From: an uncultured Trueperaceae bacterium
Lineage (GTDB): Bacteria > Deinococcota > Deinococci > Deinococcales > Trueperaceae
Length of the DNA: 64,000 nucleotides
Assembly (NCBI GenBank): GCA_963727505.1
Contig: CAVSGP010000014.1
Span: 1 to 64,000, forward strand
Reading direction: 5' to 3'
Shown piece by piece: positions 39,654 through 50,666 of this stretch. The notes below the pieces were generated by a model. It saw only the letters and a program-made list of their open reading frames with translations, had not been told where the DNA came from and did not search any database. Position 1 is the first letter of the stretch. The number at the start of each line of letters is the position of its first letter. The translations under genes and the position numbers were made by a program.

Positions 39654-41093
39654 CTACGGCTCTTCGGGTCCTCGCCCCAGCCGTTCCTGCAACAGCCGCC
39701 GCACCGCGTCGGGTCTGGCGGCGCCGCGGCTCTCCTTCATCACGCGCCCGAGCAGGGCGTTGATCGCCTTGGGGTTCTCCCGTGCGCTCTCGACCACGGC
39801 GGGGTTGGCCTCCATGATGCGCTCCACCAACGCGGCGAGTGCCCCCTCGTCGGTGATCTGCTTGAGCCCCCTGCGCTCGACGACGGTGTCGGGCTCCTCG
39901 CCGTCGATCACGTCGGGCAGGATCTCCTTGGCGATCTTGCCGGAGATGGCGCCCTCGTCGATGAGGCGGACCATCGCGGCCAGCCCCTCTGGCTTCAGCG
40001 GCACCTCGGCCAACCCCACACCGCGCTCGTTCAACAGGCCCGCCACGTCCCCGATCAGCCAGTTGGCGATGCGTTGAGCGGCCCCGTCGGGCGCGCGCTC
40101 GTAGGCCGCCGTCGCAGCGTCGAAGAACGCGGAGGTCGGGACGTCGAAGGCGATGAGCTCCGCGTCCTCGGCGCGCACCCCGAGGGCCAGGTAGCGTTCG
40201 CGCTTGGCCTGCGGCAGCTCGGGCATGGATGCGTGGATCTCCTCGAGCCATGCGCGGTCGAGCGTCAGCGGCGGCAGGTCGGGCTCGGCCATGTAGCGGT
40301 AGTCGGCCGACTCCTCCTTGCTCCTCAGAAGGTAGGTCTTCTGGCCGCCCTCGTTCCAGCCGCGCGTCTCCTGCGCCACGGTGCGCCCGTCGTCGAGCAG
40401 ACGCTGCTGGCGCTTGATCTCGAACTCCAGCGCCGACGCCACGCTCTTGAAGGAGTTGAGGTTCTTGACCTCGACCTTGGTGCCGAAGCTGCCGTCGGCG
40501 TTGCGGAGCGACACGTTGACGTCGGCCCGCATCTTCCCCTGCTCGGGGCTGGCGTCGGACACCCCGAGGGCGCGGGCGACCGCCTGCACATGGGTGAGGA
40601 AGGCGCGTGCCTCCTCCGGGGTACGCAGGTCGGGCTCGCTCACCATCTCGATGAGCGGCGCGCCGGCGCGGTTGAGGTCGACCAGGCTGTGGTCGGCGTA
40701 AGCGGGGTGGACCAGTCGGCCGGCGTCCTCCTCGACGTGACAGCGGGTGATGCCGATGCGCCGCCCGTTCTCCAGCTCCACCCAACCGTGCTCGCCGACG
40801 GGACGGTCGAACTGGCTTATCTGGTAGTTCTTGGGCGCGTCCGGGTAGAAGTAGTGCTTGCGGTGGAACTGCGTGAGCTCGGGGACCCGGCATCGCAGTG
40901 CCAGGCTGAAGCGGACCGCCTTCAGAATGGCGTCCTCGTTCGTCACGGGCAGGCTTCCCGGCAGCCCGAGGCAGACCGGGCAGGTGTTGACGTTGGGCTC
41001 CAGCCCGAAGCTGTCGGCCGAGCAGCCGCAGAACATCTTGCTCTTCGTGCGGATGGCGAGGTGGATCTCCAGACCGATGACGGGCTCGGGCAC
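39654..41093 (-). CDS. gatB: Asp-tRNA(Asn)/Glu-tRNA(Gln) amidotransferase subunit B
   Basis: IGLEIH, CPVCLGLPG, RKHYFYPD, HVEEDAG, EVKNLNSF. Confidence 0.97.
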   Translation of the reverse strand: MPEPVIGLEIHLAIRTKSKMFCGCSADSFGLEPNVNTCPVCLGLPGSLPVTNEDAILKAVRFSLALRCRVPELTQFHRKHYFYPDAPKNYQISQFDRPVGEHGWVELENGRRIGITRCHVEEDAGRLVHPAYADHSLVDLNRAGAPLIEMVSEPDLRTPEEARAFLTHVQAVARALGVSDASPEQGKMRADVNVSLRNADGSFGTKVEVKNLNSFKSVASALEFEIKRQQRLLDDGRTVAQETRGWNEGGQKTYLLRSKEESADYRYMAEPDLPPLTLDRAWLEEIHASMPELPQAKRERYLALGVRAEDAELIAFDVPTSAFFDAATAAYERAPDGAAQRIANWLIGDVAGLLNERGVGLAEVPLKPEGLAAMVRLIDEGAISGKIAKEILPDVIDGEEPDTVVERRGLKQITDEGALAALVERIMEANPAVVESARENPKAINALLGRVMKESRGAARPDAVRRLLQERLGRGPEEP

Positions 41094-41164
41094 GGGCGCA
41101 GTCTACCAGGGCCGGCGGAGGCGCCTCAGGTCGGAACACGCCGTGCCCTGCGGTAGAATGGCGC

Positions 41165-41596
41165 ATGGTCGAGGTCGAGCTCGAGGACATCGCGGTATCC
41201 GGCGACGAGAACCAGTTTCTCGTGCTGCTCCGTCGCAAGGACGGCCACGATCTCCTCCCCATCCAGATCGATGCCATGCAGGCTATCTCCATCGCCAGCG
41301 GGAGGGGCAGCGAACGCTTCGAGCGTCCGCTCACCCACGACCTGATGGTCTCGGTGCTGGAGATGCTCGGTGCCGACGTCGCCCGTGTCGAGATCACGGA
41401 TCTGGTCGAGGGAACGTACTACGCCATGCTGATCCTCGAGCGCTCGGGTGTGCGCTTCGAGGTGGACGCCCGGCCGAGCGATGCGCTGGCCCTGGCTGTG
41501 CGCGTCAAGGCCCCCGTCTTCATCGCCGAACACGTGCTCGACCAGGGTGCTTTGCAGGACGATGATTACGACGGCGAAGGTGGCGCCGAGGCCTGA
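41165..41596 (+). CDS. Bifunctional nuclease (DUF151) family protein
   Basis: LLPIQI, RPLTHDL, DARPSDALALAVR. Confidence 0.92.
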   Translation: MVEVELEDIAVSGDENQFLVLLRRKDGHDLLPIQIDAMQAISIASGRGSERFERPLTHDLMVSVLEMLGADVARVEITDLVEGTYYAMLILERSGVRFEVDARPSDALALAVRVKAPVFIAEHVLDQGALQDDDYDGEGGAEA

Positions 41597-41731
41597 TTGG
41601 CCATGGATTAGCCCGCCAGCGAGGGACGGGCCCGAGGCGAACGCCTCGGGCCCGCATGCGTGTACGGCGACGCGACCCGTGCTCCGGGCGGCGGCGCGCG
41701 GTTTCGCGTGTTCGCTGTCGGTTGCTCGGTC

Positions 41732-42919
41732 TCAGGCGTCCGGGAGGGCCGTCCACGCCGCCCGCAAGGCGCCGTCGATCGCTTCCAGGCGCGGTCCCGC
41801 CCCCTGCGCCCGCTCCGGTCGGCCGCCTCCGCGCCCGTCCACCTCGGCCAGCGCTGCCTCGAGGACCGGTCGCAGATCCCAGGCGACGGTGGGCCCCCGG
41901 GCGAACGCCAGTCGCACGCGTTCGCCGGCTCGAGATGCCAGCAGCGCGACGACGCCATCGCGGCCTGCCAGCGCGTCGAGCGCGGGCTCGAGCATCGCGT
42001 CCTCGACCTCGGCGCGCACCACCCGGACCCCGCCGCGACGCTCGGCCCGTTCGACGAGGCGCTCCGCCAGCTCGTCGGCGCGCCGTGCATGCGCCGCGGC
42101 GAGCTCCGCGCGCGCGTCCGAGAGCTCCTGCTGGAGCCGCGCGACGCGCGACGGCAGCTCCGGGACCGGTGCGCTGAAGCGCTGCACCAGCTCCGCGGCC
42201 AGAGCGTGCTTGGCGCCGTAGTCCTCGACCGCCTCCCAGCCGGCCCGGAAGATGACGCGTCGGAGCCCGCCGCGAACCCGCTCGGACCCCAGCACCTTGA
42301 TGGGCAGGGTCTCGGCCGTGCTCGCCAGGTGCGTGCCACCGCAGGCGGCGATCTCCACATCGCCCATCGCCACCAGCCGGATGCGGCCGCGCACCTTGGG
42401 AGGGCGCCGCAAGGCGTAGCCGTCGAGATCACTCTCGTCGACCTCGAAGCTCACGATCGGCAGGGCGGCGAAGGCGAAGGTGTTGGCGAGGCCCTCGGCG
42501 CTATGGAGATCGTCGTCGGCAGGGTTGCCGGCCAGGTCGAGCGTGCACTCGGGCCCGCGGAGGCTCACGCTGCGCGTCTCGAAGGCGCGAGCGACGCGCA
42601 CGAAGGCCTGCGAGAGCAGGTGCTGCGCGCTGTGACGCTGCATGTGACGATAGCGGCGCTCCCAGTCGAGCACGCCCTCGACCTCCTCGCCCGGTTCCAG
42701 CGCGGGAGCCTCGAGGCGGTGCCAGACCGTGCCGCCGCGCACCGTCACGTCGACGACGGCAACGCCGCCCAGGCGCCCGGTGTCGTGGAGCTGGCCGCCG
42801 GAGGTGGGGTAGAAGGCACTGGCGTCGAGGGCGACCCAGAAGCCGTCGTCACGGCTCTCCACCTCGCGCACGCGGTTGTGGAAGCGGCGCAGGTAGCTGT
42901 CTCGCTGCTCGAGGCGCAT
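41732..42919 (-). CDS. alaX: Alanyl-tRNA editing protein (AlaX-L type, with DHHA1 domain)
   Basis: [36 protein letters not shown]. Confidence 0.9.
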   Translation of the reverse strand: MRLEQRDSYLRRFHNRVREVESRDDGFWVALDASAFYPTSGGQLHDTGRLGGVAVVDVTVRGGTVWHRLEAPALEPGEEVEGVLDWERRYRHMQRHSAQHLLSQAFVRVARAFETRSVSLRGPECTLDLAGNPADDDLHSAEGLANTFAFAALPIVSFEVDESDLDGYALRRPPKVRGRIRLVAMGDVEIAACGGTHLASTAETLPIKVLGSERVRGGLRRVIFRAGWEAVEDYGAKHALAAELVQRFSAPVPELPSRVARLQQELSDARAELAAAHARRADELAERLVERAERRGGVRVVRAEVEDAMLEPALDALAGRDGVVALLASRAGERVRLAFARGPTVAWDLRPVLEAALAEVDGRGGGRPERAQGAGPRLEAIDGALRAAWTALPDA

Positions 42920-43081
42920 TCGGGAAGTGTACCCCGAGCCCGCCGGCCTCCCGACGCCTGCCCGCGCCCGAACCGTCGGGTGCGATACGGTCACGGATCA
43001 CCGCCCACGCCTATGTTTGCACCATGCCGCGCGGCGGCGGCCCCCGAAGGGGAGGCGCCCGCGCCCCGGAAGGAACCGGAC

Positions 43082-43860
43082 ATGGAATCGTCCCCCGAAC
43101 CGAACCCCGTCACGGCACCGAAGCGCGCGCCGTCTGCGCCTACAATGGGGGCAACGCTCGAGCCTGCCGCGTCCGGATGGGTCGCCGCCGAACCCGCCGC
43201 CGAACCGCCGCCGGACGGGCCGATTTCGAGCCGGTCGCAGCCACGGAGGTCCACGTGCGGAGCTCGCCCCACCTCATCCATCCCGCCGAGCCCGAGTTCG
43301 ACGAGGTCGGCGACACCCAGCTCGACCATCTCGTCGCCGAGTTGCTCACCGCGCTCGGGGAAGATGTCACGCGCGAGGGGATGCTGCGCACCCCGCAACG
43401 CGTCGAGCGCTCGCTGCGCTTCCTCATGAGCGGCTACGACGTGTCGGTCGATCAGATCATCAACGAAGCGTTGTTCACGGCCGAGGCATCCGACATGGTG
43501 GTCGTGAAGGACATCGAGTTCTACTCGCTGTGCGAGCACCACATGCTGCCTTTCTTCGGCAAGGCGCACATCGCCTACATCCCGGGCAAGAAGATCCTCG
43601 GTCTGAGCAAGTTCGCGCGCGTGGTCGACGTCTTCGCGCGGCGCATGCAGGTCCAGGAGCGGATGACCTCCCAGATCGCCGACGCCCTGGTGGAGGTGCT
43701 CGAGCCCGCGGGCCTGGCTGTCGTCACCGAGGCCAGCCACCTCTGCATGATGATGCGCGGGGTCGAGAAGCAGGGGTCCACCACCCGCACCGCGAGCATG
43801 CGCGGTGTGTTCAAGACCGACGCGCGTACGCGCCAGGAGTTCCTCGACGCCATCGCCTGA
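43082..43860 (+). CDS. folE: GTP cyclohydrolase I (start uncertain; possible frameshift near 43225)
   Basis: [42 protein letters not shown]. Confidence 0.93.
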
Positions 43861-43962
43861 CGGGCGTTGCTGTGAGAGGCCCTGCCGTGAGGGAACCTGC
43901 CGTGGAAGTCCCCCGCACGACGTTCGTGCGGGGGACCGCTCTTTCGTGCCGAAGGTCGCGCC

Positions 43963-44733
43963 TCAGAGCACGTGGGTCTCGAGCCAGGCGGCCACGCCGC
44001 CGTCCTCTGGGGAACCGATGTGCTCCGCGGCGGCCGCCACCAGATCGGGATGGGCGTCGCCCACTGCCACGCCATGGCCCGCCCAGGTCACCATCGTGAA
44101 GTCGTTCATGCCGTCGCCGAAGGCGACCACCTCGCTCCGCGGGATGCCCGCGAGCTCGGCGATGAGGGCGAGCGCCGATCCCTTGTCCGCATGGGCGGGG
44201 AGCACCTCCAGGAAACCGTCGCCCCACAGGTAGCGCAGCATGTCGGGGTGGCGCGTCGCCACCTCACGGTCGACCTCGCCGCTGCGCTCCTGCGAGTAGA
44301 ACACCAGCTTGTCCGCGTCGAGGGCCATGCCGGGGCGGAAGCGGTCGACGCGCCGGCTGCGGGTGTGGGCCCAGCCCCAGCGGTCGTCGTCCGGGTCGCG
44401 CACCCATAGGACGTCGTCGACGATGCAGCTGAACTCGACCTCGCCGTCGGTGAGGTAGCCGCCCAGGAGCCCGTCGACGTGCTGCGCGGCGATGCGCCGC
44501 CGCCGCAGCTCGTGGCCGCCCTCGCCCATCACGTGGCCGCCGTGGTTGACGCTGTAGGGCCCGGCGATGCCGAGCTGGTCGAGGTAGGGCTTGGCCGCGG
44601 CGAGGGGGCGGCCGGTCAGCACCGTGACCAGGTGGCCGCGCTCGCGGCAGCCGCGGATCGCCTGCTCGATCGCGTCGGGCAGGACGAAGTCGTCGGTGAC
44701 AAGGGTCTTGTCGAGATCGAAGGCCAGCAGCAC
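43963..44733 (-). CDS. Cof-type HAD-IIB hydrolase
   Basis: DLDKTL, TGR, KGSAL, FGDGMND. Confidence 0.9.
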   Translation of the reverse strand: MLLAFDLDKTLVTDDFVLPDAIEQAIRGCRERGHLVTVLTGRPLAAAKPYLDQLGIAGPYSVNHGGHVMGEGGHELRRRRIAAQHVDGLLGGYLTDGEVEFSCIVDDVLWVRDPDDDRWGWAHTRSRRVDRFRPGMALDADKLVFYSQERSGEVDREVATRHPDMLRYLWGDGFLEVLPAHADKGSALALIAELAGIPRSEVVAFGDGMNDFTMVTWAGHGVAVGDAHPDLVAAAAEHIGSPEDGGVAAWLETHVL

Positions 44734-44833
44734 GAGGTGAGCTTACCCCACGCCCCGGAGCGCCAGCGTCGCCGGCTCACCGGGCGGCGGCGCGGGCCGC
44801 GTGGTCGCTAGCAGCGCCGGATCCCCGGGTCCC

Positions 44834-46108
44834 TCACCGGGCTGCGGGCGGCTGCCAGAGCGAGGCGTCCAAGCCGAAGCTCTGCAGCGTCCCGTCGGCC
44901 TCGCCGGCGTAGAGCACGAGCCTGGCGCCGCGCCAGCGGGCCGCCAGGTTGCTCCGGAGCGGGGAGTCGAGCGAGAGCATGCGCTCGGTCGCGCACCCGC
45001 CAGCGGTGCAGGCGACCACCTGCACGTTTCGGAGGTCGAGACTGGGCAGGGCCAGCACGTCGACGGCGGTGCCGCCGGCATCCGCGGGCGGAGGGAGGAG
45101 CAGCCCCAGGTCCAGGTTGCGCGAGCCGAGCTGGTGGTTGGTGACGCCCAGCGCGTAGCGGGACACCTCCAGGCGGGCCCCCGCGATGCGGAAGCGTTCC
45201 AGCGGTCCGCCGAGGTGGGGCGTGCGCACGGCGTAGGCGTTCTCGCCCGAGGCGGCGAAGAGATTCGACCAGCGGTCGGGAGTGCCGATGGGCGGGGCGC
45301 TGGCCACCGCGGTGAGCGCCCCGCCCCGGAGCGCGATCGCCGTGACGCCCGCGCCCGCGTCGGGCGTGGAGCGCGTGATGAGCATGCCGTAGGGCCCGGC
45401 GGCCGGGAACGGTTGGATCCGTCGCTGCTCGATGACGGCGGGCGCGGCCACCTGGTAGGTCGCAACCGGGGAGAGGTCGTCCTGACGCAGCAGCGTCACC
45501 GCGCCGGCCTCGATCTCATCGCCGAGGATGCCGTGGCGGTAGCGCTGGGTGGGTTGCGACAGGACCGCCACACCGTCCTCCAGCGGGACCGGGTCACCGT
45601 CGGGGAGCGCGTCGAGCGACTGGCGGGCGATCGTCTTCAGTTCGGGGGAGAGCAGAAGCATGCTACGTGCGTCGGAGCTGACGGCTACCACGCGCCCGTC
45701 AGGAAGACACGCCGGCCGGCTGTGGGGACTGACCGCGGGCCCCACGTGCGAGCCCGGCCCGGTGAGCGTTCGGAGCCGCCCGTTCCCGTCGACGGCCAGG
45801 AGCTGGCCGCCGCAGAGCCGCAGGCTGTCGCCGCGCGCGGAGCCGGCCAACACCCTGACGGTGCCGTCCGCGAGATGCAACTGGACCTGGCCGTCGCTCT
45901 GCAGCGTGGCCGCCCCGTCGGGCGTCGGCGTCACCCAGATGGTGGCGGCGACGGGGGCCGCGGCGCGAGCGGGCGCGAACGCCAGGGTGGCCGCGGCGAG
46001 AACGGGCAACGCGCGCGCCAGCAGGGCTCGGGCGGGACTCCGCAGGGCGGCCGGCGACGGCCGCTCGCAGGGCTTCGTGGAGGGGGGCGAGCAACGGGCC
46101 ACGCGCAT
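44834..46108 (-). CDS. Secreted hypothetical protein, probable beta-propeller (start uncertain)
   Basis: Signal peptide ending AxA; PTQRYRHGILGDEIEAG, PIGTPDRW and RTPHLGG motifs; beta-rich. Confidence 0.55.
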   Translation of the reverse strand: MRVARCSPPSTKPCERPSPAALRSPARALLARALPVLAAATLAFAPARAAAPVAATIWVTPTPDGAATLQSDGQVQLHLADGTVRVLAGSARGDSLRLCGGQLLAVDGNGRLRTLTGPGSHVGPAVSPHSRPACLPDGRVVAVSSDARSMLLLSPELKTIARQSLDALPDGDPVPLEDGVAVLSQPTQRYRHGILGDEIEAGAVTLLRQDDLSPVATYQVAAPAVIEQRRIQPFPAAGPYGMLITRSTPDAGAGVTAIALRGGALTAVASAPPIGTPDRWSNLFAASGENAYAVRTPHLGGPLERFRIAGARLEVSRYALGVTNHQLGSRNLDLGLLLPPPADAGGTAVDVLALPSLDLRNVQVVACTAGGCATERMLSLDSPLRSNLAARWRGARLVLYAGEADGTLQSFGLDASLWQPPAAR

Positions 46109-46293
46109 CGTCCTGACGGTATCAGGCGGCGGTGACCGCGACGGCCTCGCGGCGTACCCGGGTTGCGGGGGAAGCGGCCTTGTGGGATTCCAGTGTCGGG
46201 GGCGGGAGGAATCGCGGGCGGAATCGGTTGCGACCGGTGATACAATCCCGTGAACATGGTTGTGAGCGTCCGCTCGGCCCCAGGAGGTTATTC

Positions 46294-46656
46294 ATGTATC
46301 GAGGAAGAGAGGGTCAGTGGGCCTTCGTGCTCCACCGGATCACCGGTGTAGCCCTGGCGCTGTACCTGCTTCTGCACGTCTTCGATGTCGGCTTGGTGAT
46401 GTACGGGCCCAAGGGTCCGTTCAACGTGTTCCTGGCGTTCTATCACCAGTGGCCGTTCCGCATCGGCCTCGTCCTGGTGATGGCGGCCGTCGTCTACCAC
46501 GGTCTCAACGGGTTGCGCATCATCCTGATGGACTTCACCTCGTGGGGCATCCGGTACCAGCGCGGTCTGTGGTACGGCGTGCTGGCGCTGACGACGGTGA
46601 TCGGCATCCCGATCCTGATCAAGGTCGTGCCCGAGATCCTGGCAGGGAAAGCCTGA
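46294..46656 (+). CDS. sdhC: Succinate dehydrogenase cytochrome b556 subunit
   Basis: MYRGREGQWAFVLHRITG, YHGLNGLRI. Confidence 0.93.
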   Translation: MYRGREGQWAFVLHRITGVALALYLLLHVFDVGLVMYGPKGPFNVFLAFYHQWPFRIGLVLVMAAVVYHGLNGLRIILMDFTSWGIRYQRGLWYGVLALTTVIGIPILIKVVPEILAGKA

Positions 46657-47084
46657 TGGCCGCCCGCCCCCGGACTCTCAAGCAGGCGCGCGCCACGTAC
46701 GACACCAACCGCGAGCTGGCGTGGTGGGTGTTCATGCGGATCAGCGGTTTCCTGCTGATCTTCCTGGTGTTCGCGCACCTGTTCTTCAACAACATCCAGA
46801 TCAACGTCGCGACCGTCGACTACGCCTACGTCGCGCAGCGGTTGTCGAAGGCCTGGGTGAAGGTCTACGAGTCGTTCCTGCTCGGGCTCGCCATGCTGCA
46901 CGGCACCAACGGGCTGCGCTACAGCATCGAGGACTACTTCACGCGTCCATCCACCCGGTTCTGGCTCAAGGCCGTGGTGTTCACCGTGGCAGCCGCGCTG
47001 TTCGTGATCGGTGTGATGGCGCTGTGGGCCTTCAGCTACCAGCAGATGGGCGACGCCATCAACGCTGCCAGTAACGGCGGCTAG
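46656..47084 (+). CDS. sdhD: Succinate dehydrogenase membrane anchor subunit
   Basis: [26 protein letters not shown] overlap with sdhC. Confidence 0.92.
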   Translation: MAARPRTLKQARATYDTNRELAWWVFMRISGFLLIFLVFAHLFFNNIQINVATVDYAYVAQRLSKAWVKVYESFLLGLAMLHGTNGLRYSIEDYFTRPSTRFWLKAVVFTVAAALFVIGVMALWAFSYQQMGDAINAASNGG

Positions 47085-47101
47085 GAGGGCTGCACAACGC
47101 C

Positions 47102-48841
47102 ATGAAACGAGCACACAGGTACGACGTGATCGTCGTGGGCGCCGGCGGAGCCGGGCTCATGGCGGCGCGCTACGCCGCCCAGAACCCCAACGTCTCCGTG
47201 GCGGTCATCTCCAAGCTGTACCCGACGCGCTCCCACACCGGAGCGGCGCAGGGCGGCGTCGGAGCGGCGCTGGGCAACATCAGCGACGACAACCCCGAGT
47301 GGCACGCCTACGACACGGTCAAGGGCGGGGATTACCTCACCGACCAGGACGTGGCCACGACGTTCGCTCAGGAGGTCATCGAGGCCGTCTTCGACATGGA
47401 GCACATGGGGCTGCCGTTCAGCCGCACGCCCGAGGGCAAGATCGCCCAGCGCAAGTTCGGCGGGCATACCCGTGAGCACGGCAAGTCGGCCGTCGAGCGC
47501 GCCTGCTACGCGGCCGACCGCACCGGCCACATGATCCTGCAGACGCTCTACCAGCAGTCGATCAAGGACAACGTCACCTTCTTCAACGAGTTCCACGTGC
47601 TGGACGTGCTGATCGAGGATGGCGAAGCGCGCGGCGTGGTCGCTTACGAGCTGGCGACCGGCGAGCTGCACACCTTCCACGCCAAGTCCACGGTCATCGC
47701 CACGGGCGGCTTCGGGCGCATGTTCCAGGTGACCTCCAACGCCCACGCCCTCACCGGCGACCTGACGAGCATCGTCTACCGCCGCGGCATCCCCATCGAG
47801 GACCCGGAGTTCTTCCAGTTCCACCCCACCGGCCTGTATCGCATCGGCGTGCTCCTCACCGAGGGCGCGCGCGGTGAGGGCGGCATCCTGCGCAACAGCG
47901 AGGGTGAACGCTTCATGGAGCGCTACGCCCCCACCATCAAGGACCTGGCGCCGCGCGACATGGTGAGCCGCGCGATGTACCTGGAGGTTCGCGAGGGTCG
48001 CGGCGTCGGGCCCGAGAAGGATCACATCCTGCTCGACCTGACGCACATCGATGCGGCCATCATCGAGGAGCGCCTCCCCGACATCACGGAGTTCGCGCGC
48101 ATCTACCTCGGCGTCGATCCCATCAAGGAGCCGGTGCCGGTGCAGCCGACCGCGCACTACGCGATGGGCGGCATCCCCACCACCATCGACACCAACGTGA
48201 TCCGTGACGGTGCCAACACCATCGTCCCCGGTCTCTACGCCGCCGGCGAGGTGGCCTGCGCCAGCTTGCACGGCGCCAACCGCCTCGGCACCAACTCGCT
48301 GGGGGACCTGCTGGTGTTCGGCCGGCGGGCGGGTATGCATGCCGCCGAGTACGCGGCCTCTGCGAGCTTCGCGGAGCTCCCCAAGGATGCCGAGGAGCGT
48401 TCGCGCGCCCTCATCGACGCCGCGCGCGCCGGATCCGGGAAGGAGAAGGCGGGCCGGCTGCGCAAGGAGCTGCAACGCAGCATGATGGACCAGGCGTCGG
48501 TGTTCCGCACCGCCGAGACGCTCCAGGCGGAGGTCGACAAAGTCAAGGAGCTCAAGCAGCGCTACCGCGAGGTCGGCGTCGAGGACACCGGCGCCCAGTT
48601 CAATACCGAGCTCATGGAAGTGCTCGAACTCGGGTTCCTGCTCGACAACGCCGAGCAGCTCACCAACGCCGCCCTGAACAGGACGGAGTCGCGCGGCGCG
48701 CACTCGCGCGAGGACTACAAGGAGCGCGACGACGAGAACTGGCTCAAGCACACGCTGGTCTACAAGGACGGAAGCGGCGTGCGCATCGACTACAAGCCCG
48801 TGACGCTCGGCATCTATGAGCCGAAGCCCCGGGTGTACTAG
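47102..48841 (+). CDS. sdhA: Succinate dehydrogenase flavoprotein subunit
   Basis: [36 protein letters not shown]. Confidence 0.97.
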   Translation: MKRAHRYDVIVVGAGGAGLMAARYAAQNPNVSVAVISKLYPTRSHTGAAQGGVGAALGNISDDNPEWHAYDTVKGGDYLTDQDVATTFAQEVIEAVFDMEHMGLPFSRTPEGKIAQRKFGGHTREHGKSAVERACYAADRTGHMILQTLYQQSIKDNVTFFNEFHVLDVLIEDGEARGVVAYELATGELHTFHAKSTVIATGGFGRMFQVTSNAHALTGDLTSIVYRRGIPIEDPEFFQFHPTGLYRIGVLLTEGARGEGGILRNSEGERFMERYAPTIKDLAPRDMVSRAMYLEVREGRGVGPEKDHILLDLTHIDAAIIEERLPDITEFARIYLGVDPIKEPVPVQPTAHYAMGGIPTTIDTNVIRDGANTIVPGLYAAGEVACASLHGANRLGTNSLGDLLVFGRRAGMHAAEYAASASFAELPKDAEERSRALIDAARAGSGKEKAGRLRKELQRSMMDQASVFRTAETLQAEVDKVKELKQRYREVGVEDTGAQFNTELMEVLELGFLLDNAEQLTNAALNRTESRGAHSREDYKERDDENWLKHTLVYKDGSGVRIDYKPVTLGIYEPKPRVY

Positions 48842-48852
48842 GGGGCGCTTGC

Positions 48853-49551
48853 ATGGACGTCACGTTCCGCATCAAACGCTTCGATCCCGACAAGGACGCC
48901 CGGCCCCACTGGCAGGAGTTCAAGCTCCAGGCGGGGCCGATGGACCGCGTCCTCGACGTGCTCAACGAGCTCAAGTGGGAGCAGGATGGCAGCATCAGCT
49001 ACCGCCGGAGCTGCGCCCACGGCATCTGCGGCTCGGATGCCATGGTCATCAACGGCGTCAACCGGCTGGCCTGCAAGGTGCTGGTGAAGGACCTCGGCAC
49101 CGAGATCGCGGTCGAGCCGTTACGCGGCCTTCCGGTGCTCAAGGACCTGATCGTCGACATGGAGCCCTTCTTCGACGCCTACAAGGCCGTGCTCCCCTAC
49201 TTCATCAACGACGATCCGGCACCCGCGACCGAGCGCTACCAGAGCGCCGAGGATCGCGACCGCTTCGACGCCACGACCAAGTGCATCCTCTGTGCGGCGT
49301 GCACGACGAGCTGCCCGGTGTTCTGGACCAACGGTCGCTACCTGGGGCCGGCGGCCATCGTCAACGCCCACCGCTTCATCTTCGACTCGCGCGACCAGGG
49401 TGCCGACCAGCGGCTGCAGGCGCTCAACCAGATGAACGGCCTGTGGCGGTGCCGCACTGCCTACAACTGCACCGAGGCGTGTCCGCGCGGCATCCCGGTC
49501 ACGCAGGCCATCGAAGAGGTCAAGCGCGAGGTGCTGTGGCGGCGCAGTTGA
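48853..49551 (+). CDS. sdhB: Succinate dehydrogenase iron-sulfur subunit
   Basis: SCAHGICGSD, CILCAACTTSCP, CRTAYNCTEACP. Confidence 0.97.
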   Translation: MDVTFRIKRFDPDKDARPHWQEFKLQAGPMDRVLDVLNELKWEQDGSISYRRSCAHGICGSDAMVINGVNRLACKVLVKDLGTEIAVEPLRGLPVLKDLIVDMEPFFDAYKAVLPYFINDDPAPATERYQSAEDRDRFDATTKCILCAACTTSCPVFWTNGRYLGPAAIVNAHRFIFDSRDQGADQRLQALNQMNGLWRCRTAYNCTEACPRGIPVTQAIEEVKREVLWRRS

Positions 49552-49673
49552 GGTCCCGTCGGGCCTCGGGCCGCACGGTCTGAGGGTCTGCCGATCGGTC
49601 CCGCGCAGGGTGTTCGCGGGTGGCGCGGCGGGGAGGTCCCCGCCGCGCGCCTGCCTCTCGGGAGGCGTCCGCT

Positions 49674-50597
49674 ATGAGCGTGGTGCTCGTCGTCGTCGGT
49701 GTTGTGCTGCTCTACGCCGGCGGGGAGGTGCTGGTCCGTTCGGCCAGCGGCCTGGCGGCGCGGCTCGGCGTTCGACCGATGGTGATCGGTCTGACGGTCG
49801 TGGCCTTCGGCACCAGCGCGCCGGAGCTGGCGGCCAGCCTGACGGCCGCCCTCTCGGGGACGCCCGAGATCGCCATCGGCAACGTGGTGGGCTCGAACAT
49901 CGCCAACGTGGGGTTGATCCTCGGTCTCACGGCGATGGTCTACCCGCTCGTCACCGGCAGCCGCTTCGTGCGGCGCGAGGTGCCACTGATGTTGCTGGTC
50001 ACCGCGCTGCTGGTGCCGGTGCTATGGGGCGGCGCGGTGCTCCGCTGGGAGGGCGTGCTCCTGCTGGCGGTGCTGGCGGGCTTCCTCTGGATCATCACGC
50101 GGACGGGCTCGAGCGTGCTGGACGAAGTGGCGGACGCGCGGCCGGCGCACGCCCCGGCCTGGCTGGGGTTGCTCGGCACCGCGGCGGGCATCGCCCTGCT
50201 CTGGTTCGGCGCCCGCTCGCTCGTCGGCGGCGCCGTGCAGATCGCGACCAGCTTCGGCATCCCGCAGCGGGTCATCGGCCTGACCCTGGTCGCGGTGGGC
50301 ACCAGCCTGCCCGAGCTGGCCAGCAGCATGGTGGCCGCCATGCGGCGCGAGACCGACATCATCCTCGGCAACATCGTGGGCTCCAACGTGTTCAACCTGC
50401 TGGCGGTGCTCGGCACCACCGCGCTGGTGCGGCCGATCCGCTTCGACGGCGCGGGCGCCACCGTCGACATCGTGGTGATGGCGCTGTTCAGCGTTGCGTT
50501 GCTGCCCCTGATGTGGCGCGGCGAGCGGCTGGGGCGCGCGGCGGGCTTCTTCTTGCTGCTGGGATACGCCGTGTACATCCTCACGCTGGTGGCGTGA
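49674..50597 (+). CDS. Calcium/sodium antiporter (YrbG/CaCA family)
   Basis: Two alpha repeats: GTSAPE...GNVVGSNI and GTSLPE...GNIVGSNV. Confidence 0.92.
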   Translation: MSVVLVVVGVVLLYAGGEVLVRSASGLAARLGVRPMVIGLTVVAFGTSAPELAASLTAALSGTPEIAIGNVVGSNIANVGLILGLTAMVYPLVTGSRFVRREVPLMLLVTALLVPVLWGGAVLRWEGVLLLAVLAGFLWIITRTGSSVLDEVADARPAHAPAWLGLLGTAAGIALLWFGARSLVGGAVQIATSFGIPQRVIGLTLVAVGTSLPELASSMVAAMRRETDIILGNIVGSNVFNLLAVLGTTALVRPIRFDGAGATVDIVVMALFSVALLPLMWRGERLGRAAGFFLLLGYAVYILTLVA

Positions 50598-50666
50598 GCG
50601 GGCGCGGCCCGCGCAGCGCTTCGTGCCAGGTTCCCCAGCGCCCATGTCGCGCCCGCACCCGCCCGC

